Below are positions 18,814 to 28,864 of a stretch of DNA of 57,094 nt, piece by piece. Within the stretch, counting starts at the first letter, position 1; every line of letters starts with the position of its first letter. The stretch spans positions 1 through 57,094 of the forward strand of contig CAYSHI010000063.1 in the NCBI GenBank assembly GCA_964430745.1, read 5' to 3'. The notes below the pieces were generated by a model. That model was not told the origin of the DNA. It saw only the letters and a program-made list of their open reading frames with translations, and ran no database searches. A program made the position numbers and the translations under genes. The stretch comes from an uncultured Acidobacteriota bacterium. Lineage in GTDB: Bacteria; Acidobacteriota; UBA890.

Positions 18814-20019
18814 ATGGCAAATCAAGGAACTCATCTTCTTACGTCCGAGTCGGTGACCGAGGGTCATCCCGACAAGATCGCCGACCAGATCTCCGACTCC
18901 GTCCTGGATGCCGTCATGGCCGTCGATCCGATGGGCCGTGTCGCCTGCGAGACGCTGGTCACCACCGGCCTGGCGATCGTTGCCGGCGAGATCACCACAG
19001 ACGCCATCCTGGACGTGCCGCGCATCGTGCGAAAGACGATCAGCGACATCGGCTACACGCGCGCCAAGTACGGCTTCGACAGCGAGACCTGCGCCGTGAT
19101 GACGACGCTCGACGAGCAGTCGCCCGACATCGCCCAGGGGGTTGACCCCGGTGGCGCCGGCGACCAGGGGCTCATGTATGGCTACGCGTGCACCGAGACG
19201 CCGGAGTTGATGCCGCTGCCGATCATGTTGGCGCATCGGCTCAGCCGCAATCTGGCCACGGTCCGCAAGGACGGCGTGGTCGACTACCTTCGGCCGGACG
19301 GCAAGTCGCAGGTCACCGTGGAATACGAAGGCCACACGCCGAAGGCGGTCAAGGCGGTGGTGATCTCCACCCAGCATGGCCCCGAGGTGGCGGCCGACGA
19401 TCTTCGGCGCGACATGATCGAGCAGGTCGTGGAGCCCATCATTCCCGAGGACCTTCGTGACGATGCAATCGTCTATCACATCAACCCGACGGGCCGCTTC
19501 GTTACCGGAGGCCCGCAGGGAGACGCAGGTTTGACAGGTCGCAAGATCATCGTCGACACCTACGGCGGGGTCGGTGGACACGGCGGTGGCGCTTTCTCCG
19601 GCAAGGACTGCACGAAGGTCGACCGCACCGCTTGCTACATGGCTCGCCACGTTGCGAAGAACCTGGTGGCGGCGGGAGCGGCCGAGCGCTTGACGTTGCA
19701 GGTCGCTTACGCCATCGGTGTAGCGGAGCCGGTGTCGATCATGGTGGACACGTTCGGCACCGGGCGCGTCAGCGACGAGCGCATCACCGAGGTGGTGCGC
19801 GACGTCTTCGACATGACGCCCAAGGGGATGATCGAACACCTCGATATGCGTCGGCCGATCTACCGACAGACCGCAGCGTACGGCCACTTCGGCCGCGAGG
19901 AGCCCGGTTTCACCTGGGAAGAGCTGGGCGCCGCCGACCGGCTGCGTTCCGACCTGGGTCTGAGCGAGGCGGATGTGCCCACGGCCGTACGCGACAGAGT
20001 ACTGACCCCCGCCGGCTGA
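18814..20019 (+). CDS. metK: S-adenosylmethionine synthase
   Basis: [21 protein letters not shown]...[12 protein letters not shown]...GGGAFSGKD are MetK signatures. Confidence 0.97.
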   Translation: MANQGTHLLTSESVTEGHPDKIADQISDSVLDAVMAVDPMGRVACETLVTTGLAIVAGEITTDAILDVPRIVRKTISDIGYTRAKYGFDSETCAVMTTLDEQSPDIAQGVDPGGAGDQGLMYGYACTETPELMPLPIMLAHRLSRNLATVRKDGVVDYLRPDGKSQVTVEYEGHTPKAVKAVVISTQHGPEVAADDLRRDMIEQVVEPIIPEDLRDDAIVYHINPTGRFVTGGPQGDAGLTGRKIIVDTYGGVGGHGGGAFSGKDCTKVDRTACYMARHVAKNLVAAGAAERLTLQVAYAIGVAEPVSIMVDTFGTGRVSDERITEVVRDVFDMTPKGMIEHLDMRRPIYRQTAAYGHFGREEPGFTWEELGAADRLRSDLGLSEADVPTAVRDRVLTPAG

Positions 20020-20064
20020 TTCCGCCGGACTCCCGGATTCGTTGGGAAACCGACCCGCGTCCCG

Positions 20065-22464
20065 TCAGGTCCGCAGGCCGACGGTGATGTAGCCTGCCAG
20101 CGCCAGAAAGAGCACGTGGGGCGCCCAGGCGGCGATTGCGGGCGGAAGGATCTCGGCGGCGCCGACGGCGCGGAAGAACACGAACGCCAGCCAGAAGAGC
20201 ACCGTCAGCATCAGCGCGAGGGCAACGCCCGAGAGCGTGCCCTGCCGACCCATTCGGAAACCGAAGGGGATGCCGACGAGCGCCAACACGAAGACGATCG
20301 CCGGAAAGGCGAACTTCTGCTGAAGGTCGATCTTGTACTTGCTGGCGTCGAAGCCTCTGACCTCGAGACTGTCGATGTGGGCCCTTAGCTCGGCGGCGCT
20401 CATCTGCTCGGGCAGTCTTCGCTCCGTGCCGAAATAGGCGGGCTGTTCCGTGATACCGAGCTCGACCAACTCATACCGCATGAGCTCGGGCGAGACGATC
20501 GTGCCGTCGTCTTCGTACACGTAGTGACGCCGCCAGCTGTCGGTGGCCAGCCATCGACCCTCTTCCCAATGAGCCTGCGCCGCATAGTCGACGCGCGCGA
20601 GGCGCCAGGCCTCGTCGTCCAGGTAGTACACACGCAGCCCCTGGAAGGTCATCTGATCGGGGTCGTAGTCGGCGTAGTTGAAAACGTAGTTGCCCGTGCC
20701 GCGCGCCCAGTGGCCGCCGGCCGGGCGCACGCTGAACGGTGTGCTGCCGAGGTTGAGCGAGTGCTTGACCTCCTCGGCGCGTTGATTCGTGTACGGCACG
20801 ATGTAGTCGGATACCCCGTACTGCAGAAGGGTCAAGGCGACCGCCGGAATGAGAATGGGCGCCGCCAGACGGAAGAGGCTGGTGCCGCCGGCGAGCACCG
20901 CGACCACCTCGTTGTGCTTGCTCATCAGGCTGAACACGATGAGCACGGTGAGGATGGTGGCGATCGGCAAGGTCATCACGAAGATGAACGGGAGCTGGAA
21001 TTTGAAGTACTCGATATAGATCCAACGGCTCGCGCCGACCTGGTAGACGTCGTCGGAGATCTCGAAATACTCGCCGATCATCCAGATCACCGTGAGGCCG
21101 CCGAGCGTGAGTGCGCCGATGCGAAGAAACTGGGTCAGCACATAGACGTCGAGGATACGGGGAAAGCCTCGCCCGTGATAAGAGCCGCCCACACGGGACT
21201 TGCGCTCGGTAGCGGCGATCTCGGACTCTCCACGCGCGGCGTGCCACGCGTCGATCACGTGCTCGCGGACGTAGTCAGAGATGCGCAGCGCGGTATCGAG
21301 AATGCCGAAGTCCTTCTCGCGGGCCTTGGCCCACAGCAGGATCAGAGCCGCGAGAGCGATGACGATGTCGGCTGCCCACACCCCGAGCCACGGAGCGATG
21401 GCGCCCTCCTCCGCAAACTTCTCCCCGCCGTCGATGAACATGTAGTAGACGGCGATAACGCCGATGGCCATGAGGTAGCCGGTGGCCTTGGTCTGTCGCG
21501 TTGTCGAAACCCCGAGGGGGAGGGCGATCAGAGCCATTACCAGCCCCGCCACGGGGATGGCGAACTTCTTGTGCACCTCGACGGCGAAGCGCTCCGTGGG
21601 TTGGCCGGCCGCCTCTCGGACGGCGATCTCGGCGCGCAGTTCCGCCACGTTCATGGTGCGCTCGTCCTTCGACACCGGCGCGACGGCACTCCCGGCCTGG
21701 CTGTCCAGAAGCTGGCGCTGCTCGGCGAACGACGTGACGCTGGACTCTTCGGCGGTGGCGCCGCCCTCGTAGATGTAGCCGTCCGTGAGCTCGATCCAGG
21801 CCTCGCGATTGGCGTTGCTGTAGGTCGCGAGGGCGCCCTCCGCCATGATGACCTGAGGCGGGTTGGAGTCGGTCCGCACGAGCATGAGCTGCTCCCAACG
21901 CTGGTCCGGTTGCGTGACCTCCTCGACGAAGAGCGTGAAATTGGGGAAGCGCGTCTCGAAGACGCGGGGGCGAACCTGGTTCGTGAGGGTGCGGGAGTTG
22001 ATGAGCCGCCACTGGAGCTGGCGGACCTCGTTGTTTCCCCACGGCAGGATGACCAGGCAGAGGTAGAGGTTGAGCAAGAAGGCCGCGAAGCCGACCAGCA
22101 GGATCGGCAACGCCAGCTGATAGAGGCTGATGCCGCTGCTGCGTAGGGCGATGATCTCGGCGTCGGCGGACAGCCGGCCGAAGCCGATCAGCCCTCCGAC
22201 CAGGACCGCCATCGGCACCGTTAGCACGATGATGTGCGGCACGGTGTACAGGAAGAGCAGCCCGACGTCGCCGGCGCTCAAGCGGTCGCGAATGATCCAC
22301 TCGGCGAACTGCAGCAGCGTGTTCATCAACATGAAAAACGTAAACAGACCGAAGCCCATCAGCGTGGGGGCCGTGAGCTCGCGCAGCACGTAGATGACCA
22401 GGGTGGGGGACGGCGGGCGAAACGACCGCATACGGCCCGCGGTGGCGGCTTCGGCGCCGTTCAT
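20065..22464 (-). CDS. fused LPS export permease LptF-LptG (two YjgP/YjgQ modules in one 799-aa ORF)
   Basis: The N-terminal half reads IYVLRELTAPTLMGFGLFTFFML...IIALRSSGISLYQL. A second module begins around residue 430 (ILDVYVLTQFLRIGALTLGGL...VAVLAGGTSLFRL). The ATG overlaps the upstream GT2 stop (ATGA). Confidence 0.85.
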   Translation of the reverse strand: MNGAEAATAGRMRSFRPPSPTLVIYVLRELTAPTLMGFGLFTFFMLMNTLLQFAEWIIRDRLSAGDVGLLFLYTVPHIIVLTVPMAVLVGGLIGFGRLSADAEIIALRSSGISLYQLALPILLVGFAAFLLNLYLCLVILPWGNNEVRQLQWRLINSRTLTNQVRPRVFETRFPNFTLFVEEVTQPDQRWEQLMLVRTDSNPPQVIMAEGALATYSNANREAWIELTDGYIYEGGATAEESSVTSFAEQRQLLDSQAGSAVAPVSKDERTMNVAELRAEIAVREAAGQPTERFAVEVHKKFAIPVAGLVMALIALPLGVSTTRQTKATGYLMAIGVIAVYYMFIDGGEKFAEEGAIAPWLGVWAADIVIALAALILLWAKAREKDFGILDTALRISDYVREHVIDAWHAARGESEIAATERKSRVGGSYHGRGFPRILDVYVLTQFLRIGALTLGGLTVIWMIGEYFEISDDVYQVGASRWIYIEYFKFQLPFIFVMTLPIATILTVLIVFSLMSKHNEVVAVLAGGTSLFRLAAPILIPAVALTLLQYGVSDYIVPYTNQRAEEVKHSLNLGSTPFSVRPAGGHWARGTGNYVFNYADYDPDQMTFQGLRVYYLDDEAWRLARVDYAAQAHWEEGRWLATDSWRRHYVYEDDGTIVSPELMRYELVELGITEQPAYFGTERRLPEQMSAAELRAHIDSLEVRGFDASKYKIDLQQKFAFPAIVFVLALVGIPFGFRMGRQGTLSGVALALMLTVLFWLAFVFFRAVGAAEILPPAIAAWAPHVLFLALAGYITVGLRT

Positions 22465-23132
22465 CGGGCAGTCTCGTAGTGGCGGGCCAGGAGCGCGGGA
22501 TCAACGCCGCAGTAGTAGAGGCTGCGCAGCAACCACATTCTGAGGATCGTGCGTACGGCCCCGCCTCGCTCCCATCGGCGTGGCGACGTGATCACCGCCG
22601 GCCGCAGCCTCGCCACCCGGCCTGCGCGCTTGAGACGGCGACTGAACTCGATGTCCTCGAACAGGGGGAGCGGCGCGAAGCCGCCGAGACGCTCGAACAC
22701 CTCGCGGCTGACGAACATTGCCTGGTCACCCGAAGACACGCCGGTGAGCCGGCTGCGCAACGAGATCAGGAAGCCCACGAGGCGCAACAGCATGCGATCG
22801 GAATCGAGCGCGACGTCGAAGTTGCCGCCGACCGCTCCGTCGCGGACGGCGCGGCGCACGGCGGTAAGCGCGCCGGACGGAAGGCGCGTGTCGGCGTGTA
22901 GAAACAGCAGGGTCGCCCCGCGAGCCACTTTCGCTCCCGCGTTCATTTGCGCCGCGCGTCCGCGTGACGCGGCGACATGGCGGTATCCTGAAGCGGTTAA
23001 CAGCCGCGTTGTCTCGTCGCTGCTGCCTCCATCCACAAAGACGATATCGGCGGCGAGCTTGTTGAGGTAGTGAAGCAGTTTCGGCAAGGTGGAGGCTTCA
23101 TTGAGCACGGGGATGATGATGCTGACGCACAC
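22461..23132 (-). CDS. family 2 glycosyltransferase (TIGR04283-like)
   Basis: VSIIIPVLNEASTLPKLL...IVFVDGGSSDET...FLHADTRLP is a GT-A fold with DxD-type motifs. Confidence 0.8.
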   Translation of the reverse strand: MCVSIIIPVLNEASTLPKLLHYLNKLAADIVFVDGGSSDETTRLLTASGYRHVAASRGRAAQMNAGAKVARGATLLFLHADTRLPSGALTAVRRAVRDGAVGGNFDVALDSDRMLLRLVGFLISLRSRLTGVSSGDQAMFVSREVFERLGGFAPLPLFEDIEFSRRLKRAGRVARLRPAVITSPRRWERGGAVRTILRMWLLRSLYYCGVDPALLARHYETAR

Positions 23133-23166
23133 GATAAGACCCTAACAGTAGTACCATCGCCGCGTC

Positions 23167-24069
23167 ATGTTTCATCTCACCGTGCTGGGGAGCGGCGCCT
23201 CACTCCCTACGCTTCAGCGCCAGACAACCGCGGTCGCGGTTCAACGTGAGGGCGACCTGTACCTGCTCGATTGCGGCGAGGGCACGCAGATCCAATGGCG
23301 GCGCGCCGGTCTTCGCTTCAGCAAGCTTCGGGCGATCTGTATCTCCCATCTGCACGGCGATCACGTCAACGGTCTGGTGGGGTTTCTGCAGACCCTTTCT
23401 CTCGGTGGCCGGGAGAACGCCCTCGAGGTGATCGGCCCTCCGGGGATCAAGGGGCTGCTCGACGCGGCCCGGCGCCACGTGGGCCTGCGACTCACGTATC
23501 CGTTCAGCGTGCAGGAGAGCGAGGGCGGCACGGTAATCGAGGGAGCGGGGCACACGGTACGCTGTGCCCTCCTGAATCACGGCATCGCCACGCTGGGTTT
23601 CGCCATCGACGAGGCGGCGAAGCCCGGTCGCTTCGACGTAGAAGAAGCACGGCGTCTGGGAGTTCCCGAGGGGCCGATGTTCGGCCGGTTGCAGCGGGGC
23701 GAAACCGTACGGCTCGAGGACGGCGCGGAGATCGAGCCGGCGCAGGTTCTCGGCGCGCCCCGGCCCGGACGTCGTGTTGCCTATTGCGTGGATACGCGGC
23801 CGTGCGGAGCCGCGGTGGAACTGGCGCGGGACGCGGATGTCTTCCTGTGCGACGGGACGTTCACCGAAGAGCTGACCCTCGAGGCGCGCAACCGGGGCCA
23901 CAGCACCGCGGGCCAGGCGGCGGAGATGGCCCTGCAGGCGGGGGCGCGGCGCCTCGTACTCATTCACGTCTCGGCGCGTTACCATGACCCGCGCCCCCTG
24001 CTCGACGAAGCAGCTCGGCTCTTCCCCGATGTCGTGGTCGCCTACGATTTGATGCAGATGAAGGTCTGA
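23167..24069 (+). CDS. rnz: ribonuclease Z
   Basis: LTVLGSGASLPT...LLDCGEGTQIQ...ICISHLHGDHVNGL...VIGPPGIKGLL is colinear with RNase Z. The product is 300 aa. Confidence 0.9.
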   Translation: MFHLTVLGSGASLPTLQRQTTAVAVQREGDLYLLDCGEGTQIQWRRAGLRFSKLRAICISHLHGDHVNGLVGFLQTLSLGGRENALEVIGPPGIKGLLDAARRHVGLRLTYPFSVQESEGGTVIEGAGHTVRCALLNHGIATLGFAIDEAAKPGRFDVEEARRLGVPEGPMFGRLQRGETVRLEDGAEIEPAQVLGAPRPGRRVAYCVDTRPCGAAVELARDADVFLCDGTFTEELTLEARNRGHSTAGQAAEMALQAGARRLVLIHVSARYHDPRPLLDEAARLFPDVVVAYDLMQMKV

Positions 24070-24072
24070 CGG

Positions 24073-24555
24073 ATGCCCGAGCCCGACAACCGGAGTCGCC
24101 CGATGCGCAGCTCGCTGATGCGGATGGCGGAGCTGGTGATGCCCAACGACACCAACCCGCACGGCACCCTCAGCGGCGGCCGCCTGATGCACTGGGTCGA
24201 TATCGCCGGGGCCATGTCGGCCATGCGCCACGCCCGTCGCCACGTGGTCACCGCGGCCATCGACGAGGTTGCTTTCCACGCCCCGCTTCCCGAGGGCTTC
24301 ATGGTTCTGCTGACCGCGATCGTCACCTGCGTCGGCAGCACGTCGATGGAAGTGCGCGTCGAAGTACACGGCGAGAACCCGGTTTCCGGGGATGTGGCGC
24401 ACGCGACCACCGCTCACCTCGTCTTCGTAGCGCTGGAGAACGGTGCGCCCGTCACGGTCCCCGGCCTGGTGCCGGAAACGGCGGAAGAGCACTCCCTTCA
24501 TGAGCGTGCCTTGCGCCGCCGTGAACGCCGGCTGAGCCTGCTCGGGACACGCTGA
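24073..24555 (+). CDS. acyl-CoA thioesterase (hotdog fold, YciA-like)
   Basis: ELVMPNDTNPHGTLSGGRLMHWVDIAG...TAAIDEVAFHAP. Confidence 0.85.
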   Translation: MPEPDNRSRPMRSSLMRMAELVMPNDTNPHGTLSGGRLMHWVDIAGAMSAMRHARRHVVTAAIDEVAFHAPLPEGFMVLLTAIVTCVGSTSMEVRVEVHGENPVSGDVAHATTAHLVFVALENGAPVTVPGLVPETAEEHSLHERALRRRERRLSLLGTR

Positions 24556-24681
24556 AGATCGGCCGCGTCGCCGCTCCTTGAACTCGTCACGGTCTCGTCG
24601 CCACAAAAGTAAAGACAATAGTGACGCGGCACACTAGACTGCATCGAGACCTTGTTTACAAGCAAATGCGGGAAGGTGTCT

Positions 24682-25446
24682 GTGCGCATAGCCGTTCTCA
24701 TGAAAGCCGTGGTGGAGCCGGAGTCGCGCATCGAGCTGGATGACGCCGGGCAGGTCAAGCGCGGTAACTTTCGCTACGAGCTCAACGAATACGATTTGTA
24801 TGCCGTCGAGGCTGCCATCCGGTTGGCCGAGGCGCACGAGGCGCAGGTCACGGTGCTGAGCCTGGGGCCGGAGGATGCCGTGCAAAGCCTCCGCAAGGGG
24901 CTGGCGATGGGGGCCGATGACGCGGTTTTCGTCGAGAGTGACGGCTTTCTCGCCGACGCGGCATCGAGCGCCGCGGTTCTGGCGGCCGCGCTCCGGCGCA
25001 TCGAGCCTGATCTGGTGCTGGCCGGCGTCGAGACCGACGATCTCGGTACCTCTCAGGTCGGTGTGCTGGTGGCCGAAGCCCTCGGGTTTTCCTGTGTCAC
25101 GATGACCATCGGCGTCGAGCTCGGGGACGGAAAGGTGGCCGTGCGGCGCGAGCTGGAGGCCGGCAATTTTCTCGATGTGGAGACCACTCTGCCGGCAGTA
25201 CTCACCATTCAGACGGGCTTGAACGCGCCTCGCTATCCGAGCCTCAAGGGCATCATGGCGGCGAAGCGCAAGGATCTGGTGCGGATCCCCCTCAGCGAGC
25301 TGGAAGAGGGCGCCCAGCAGCGTGTCGAGACCATCGAGCTGGCCTATCCGCCGCCGCGAGAGCTGGCACAGATGCTGGAAGGCGGCGGCGACGCGGTCGT
25401 CGGTGAGCTGATGACGATCCTGCGTGAAAAGGAGAGGGTGCTGTGA
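24682..25446 (+). CDS. etfB: electron transfer flavoprotein beta subunit
   Basis: (V)RIAVLMKAVV...NEYDLYAVEAAIRL...PRYPSLKGIMAAKRK. The GTG at 24682 is preceded by GGGAAGG. ORF-track start at 24652 (TTG) is the alternative. Confidence 0.88.
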   Translation: MRIAVLMKAVVEPESRIELDDAGQVKRGNFRYELNEYDLYAVEAAIRLAEAHEAQVTVLSLGPEDAVQSLRKGLAMGADDAVFVESDGFLADAASSAAVLAAALRRIEPDLVLAGVETDDLGTSQVGVLVAEALGFSCVTMTIGVELGDGKVAVRRELEAGNFLDVETTLPAVLTIQTGLNAPRYPSLKGIMAAKRKDLVRIPLSELEEGAQQRVETIELAYPPPRELAQMLEGGGDAVVGELMTILREKERVL

Positions 25447-26411
25447 GCCGCGACGTCTTTTGCATCGTCGAACATCGCGCCGGGCGCGTCGATCCCGATT
25501 CGCTGCAGCTAATCGCTGCAGCGCGCAAGCTGGACGCCGCCGCGGTCGCCGTCGTCTGTGCCGCCGCACCCGAAGCGGTGGTCGAGCAGGTTGCGGCGCA
25601 CGCCGACGGCGTGATCGCGGTGCAGCACGCCGCGCTCGAGAACTTCACCCCGGACGGCTACGCCCAGGCGCTCATTCCACTTCTCGAGGAGAGGCAGCCG
25701 GCCGCGGTGCTGACCCTCCACTCCCATTTTCTGGGTCGCGACCTGGCGCCGGTACTGGCCAGCCGGCTCGGGTCGGGACTGATCAGCGACTGCATCGATA
25801 TGGAGTGGCAGGACGGCATCGTTGCCCGACGACTCTTGTATCGCCGCAAGCTGGTTGCCGCGCAGCGATGCACGACGCCGGGCACGAACGTGCTGACCTG
25901 CCAGCGCGGAGCATTCGTGGCCGCCGAGGCGCCGGGGGCGGTGGCTGAGGTAGAGACCGTCGCGGCCCAGATCGACGCGGACTCCATCCGCTGGACCGTG
26001 GGCGCGTTCGACGCCGCCGAGGTCGTTGCCGGAGACATCACCGAAGCCGAGGTGGTGGTCGCCGCCGGCAGGGGAGTGGGTAGCGAGGAGAACCTCGAAG
26101 CGATCAAGACGCTGACATCGTTGCTCGGGGGCGCGCTCGCGGCGTCTCGTCCGATCGTCGACAACGGATGGCTCGACCGCGGCCTGCAGGTGGGCTCATC
26201 CGGCAAGACGGTTCGGCCCCGGCTGTACATTGCCCTGGGGATCTCCGGGGCCATCCAGCACGTCGTCGGGATGCGCGACAGCGATGTGATCGTCGCGGTC
26301 AACAAGGACGCGCGGGCTCCCATCTTCGAATATGCCGACTACGGCATCGTTGCGGACGTGATGGAGATCGTCGGCCCTCTGACCGAGGCGGTTCAGGAGT
26401 TGCGCGGATAG
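25443..26411 (+). CDS. etfA: electron transfer flavoprotein alpha subunit
   Basis: VVAAGRGVGSEENL...ASRPIVDNGW...QVGSSGKTVRPRLYIALGISGAIQHVVGM is the FAD-binding signature. The start overlaps the etfB stop. Confidence 0.92.
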   Translation: MSRDVFCIVEHRAGRVDPDSLQLIAAARKLDAAAVAVVCAAAPEAVVEQVAAHADGVIAVQHAALENFTPDGYAQALIPLLEERQPAAVLTLHSHFLGRDLAPVLASRLGSGLISDCIDMEWQDGIVARRLLYRRKLVAAQRCTTPGTNVLTCQRGAFVAAEAPGAVAEVETVAAQIDADSIRWTVGAFDAAEVVAGDITEAEVVVAAGRGVGSEENLEAIKTLTSLLGGALAASRPIVDNGWLDRGLQVGSSGKTVRPRLYIALGISGAIQHVVGMRDSDVIVAVNKDARAPIFEYADYGIVADVMEIVGPLTEAVQELRG

Positions 26412-26924
26412 CTATCGGGCCGGCGGCAGTGCGGCAAGCCAGGCTTCGACCTCGGCGGCCGTGGTCGCCTCGAATACCACGTCCGAGCGCTTGTCGTCGA
26501 TCGACCGACCGGCCAGAGACGCGGCCCAGCCCGGAGCCGTACCGAGGGCGCAGATGGGCTTGCCCGCCTGCCAGGCGTGGGCCATCTCGCTGAGCGTGCC
26601 GCTCTTGCCGCCGATGGCGACGACGGCGTCGGCGGCCAGCACGACCAACAAGTTGCGGGCGTACCCGAGTCCGGTCGGGATGACCACATCGGCGAAGGAA
26701 TTGGCGTCGCGCCGGTCGGAACCGGGGAGAATGGCCACGATCGGGGTGTTCGAGTCGGCCCTTGCCGCTCGGGCGCCGCTGCTGGCCGCCTCCATCACGC
26801 CGCCGAGGCCGCCGCACACCAGCCCGTAGCCGGCGCGGACGATAGCGGCGCCGACCTGTTCGGCGAGGCGATCACGCTCGGCATCCGCATCGCCGTTGCC
26901 GATCACGGCGACCAACGGCGTCAT
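26412..26924 (-). CDS. TIGR00725-type LOG/SLOG-fold protein
   Basis: VAVIGNG...GYGLVCGGLGGVMEAA...AIGGKSGTLSEMA. The stop abuts the etfA stop (TAGCTA). Confidence 0.75.
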   Translation of the reverse strand: MTPLVAVIGNGDADAERDRLAEQVGAAIVRAGYGLVCGGLGGVMEAASSGARAARADSNTPIVAILPGSDRRDANSFADVVIPTGLGYARNLLVVLAADAVVAIGGKSGTLSEMAHAWQAGKPICALGTAPGWAASLAGRSIDDKRSDVVFEATTAAEVEAWLAALPPAR

Positions 26925-26933
26925 CGGCGCATC

Positions 26934-27773
26934 TCAGTCGTTGAGCAGAGCTTCTCGCGTGGTCTGCAGCAGATCGGCGAGTTGCTCGCGGGGTACATCA
27001 TTGACGAACGGTGCGACCAGCCAGCGCAGCATGAACGGGATCGTTCGAGTCAGCGAGATGGATTCGCACTCGATGTACGTTCCGCCGTCACGCTCGAGGA
27101 ATCGCCAGTAGGAGTTGATGCGCCACAGAAACCCGCTTCCTTCTCCGTCCGGGAGCGCGCGTTCTTGCGGGGTCCCCGGTTCCTGGACCTCTCGGACCGA
27201 CGACGTACGCGAGATGGAGTAGGTGCGCCCGACGGAGGGCGTGACGTACGCGACGTCGTGAACCGTGTCCATGACGACGGTGATGACCTTCTTCTTGCGG
27301 AAGCGCATGAAGACCTCGAAGAGGTCGCCGTCTCGGCGGATGATGCGGGCGTCCGCCACTTCCGGTGAGTAGATCTCACTGTGTCGATCGTAGTCCTGAA
27401 TGAGCTCGAGCGTCTCGTCGAGGCCGACATCGGGTATGAAGACGGCGCCGAGCCAGTGATGTATCAATCCGTCGTCGATCTCGATCTCCTTGCCGCCGGC
27501 GTCCACGGTCTCCAGAGGCTCCATGTACATCTGTCCGCGGCGCAGATCGGCGAGGACCTGGACGCGCTCGCCCTCGGGATAGGAGTCGAGGTAGAGGAAG
27601 CTCCCGGTCGGGCCGGCCTGGGCGAGGACGCGCTCCTCGGTGAGCGTGGCATAGCGCTGGAATGCCCGAAGCGTATGCGCCTCCAGGTCGCCGGCGTACG
27701 GCGAAACGACCGGCGCGACAGTGGGCGCCACGCAAAGTAAGCTGATGCAGGCCGTGAAGATCTTCAGATACAT
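26934..27773 (-). CDS. hypothetical secreted protein (possible START/SRPBCC-like fold)
   Basis: The N-terminal signal peptide is MYLKIFTACISLLCVAPT. The coding composition is coherent and no motif was recognised. Confidence 0.55.
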   Translation of the reverse strand: MYLKIFTACISLLCVAPTVAPVVSPYAGDLEAHTLRAFQRYATLTEERVLAQAGPTGSFLYLDSYPEGERVQVLADLRRGQMYMEPLETVDAGGKEIEIDDGLIHHWLGAVFIPDVGLDETLELIQDYDRHSEIYSPEVADARIIRRDGDLFEVFMRFRKKKVITVVMDTVHDVAYVTPSVGRTYSISRTSSVREVQEPGTPQERALPDGEGSGFLWRINSYWRFLERDGGTYIECESISLTRTIPFMLRWLVAPFVNDVPREQLADLLQTTREALLND

Positions 27774-27776
27774 GGA

Positions 27777-28775
27777 ATGGACTTGATGGAGAGACTACGG
27801 GCGCGTTGGACACCCGTCGATTGGATTGTCGCCGCATACACGGCGTGGATGGGGCTGCTGATCGCGTGGTTCGCGGCCGAGGTTCCGGAGTGGCCACGGC
27901 TGGTGGCAATTCACGCGGGAATTCTCATCGCCATGGTCATATTACCTCCCCGCGGCGCCCCTTGGGAGGCACGCTCCTGGCCGGCTCTGTGGCAACGCAT
28001 CATCCACCAGTTCGCGCGGTTCGTGCGTTACGCCTATCCTCTGGCGCTTGCCCTTTTCTTTTTCGAGGAGGGGCAGTTCACCGTCAACATGATATTTCCC
28101 GCCACGCCGTACTGGTTCGAGCCCTACCTCTATGCGGCCGACCGGGCCGTCTTCGGCGAGTTGCCGGCGATCATCATGGATCCGTGGGTGACCCCGCTGC
28201 TCACGGAGATGATGCACTTCTTCTACTGGTCCTACTACATCATCCTGATCGGCGGTGTTGCCGTCGCCTATGTCGGATGGGACCGCAGCAAACCGATCGA
28301 GGCGCCCGCCGAAGGCTTCGCCGAGACCGTCACGAGCTTGGCGACGGCATTTATCCTGGCGTTCGTCTTCTATCCATGGCTGGCGGCCCGAGGGCCCTGG
28401 GAAAGCCCCGAGTTGATGGCGCGAATGCAATCGCCGCTGGATGGATGGGTCTTTACGTGGATGATGGACCGAATCATCGAACACGGCGCCGTCTCGGGGA
28501 ACTGCTTTCCGAGCGGGCACGTGGCCGGTGCGTGGGCAATCGTCTTCGGCCTGGCGTGGACGCCCGGCCATCGCCGCACCGTGTACATCTTCGCCTTCCT
28601 GTCCATCGGCATGACCATCGCCTGCGTCTACACCCGTTACCACCATGCCATGGACATGCCCGCCGGTTTCGCCGCCGGGCTGTTGGGCGCGCTCGTCGGT
28701 GGCAGTTTGGTGCGTCGACACCGGGCCCGTCGTGCTGCCGCCGCCTCGCACGCCGCGGATTCGGCGGCGGCGTGA
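27777..28775 (+). CDS. PAP2-superfamily membrane phosphatase
   Basis: The protein is polytopic. PAP2 motifs are CFPSGH and TRYHHAMDMPAG (SRxxxxxHxxxD-type). Confidence 0.75.
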   Translation: MDLMERLRARWTPVDWIVAAYTAWMGLLIAWFAAEVPEWPRLVAIHAGILIAMVILPPRGAPWEARSWPALWQRIIHQFARFVRYAYPLALALFFFEEGQFTVNMIFPATPYWFEPYLYAADRAVFGELPAIIMDPWVTPLLTEMMHFFYWSYYIILIGGVAVAYVGWDRSKPIEAPAEGFAETVTSLATAFILAFVFYPWLAARGPWESPELMARMQSPLDGWVFTWMMDRIIEHGAVSGNCFPSGHVAGAWAIVFGLAWTPGHRRTVYIFAFLSIGMTIACVYTRYHHAMDMPAGFAAGLLGALVGGSLVRRHRARRAAAASHAADSAAA

Positions 28776-28864
28776 TGAACTAGCGGGCGACCCAGGGGCT
28801 GGTGACGGCCCCGATGTGACGGCCTGCGTGCGGGACGGCTTTTCCCGTCGCGGCCCGGGCGAAG

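Noticed and set aside
27806-28783. Alternative +-strand frame (325 aa) overlapping the PAP2 gene.
   Set aside because: The 27777..28775 frame gives hydrophobic helices and the PSGH / RxxxxxHxxxD PAP2 motifs. The other frame is Arg/Gly-rich with no motif.
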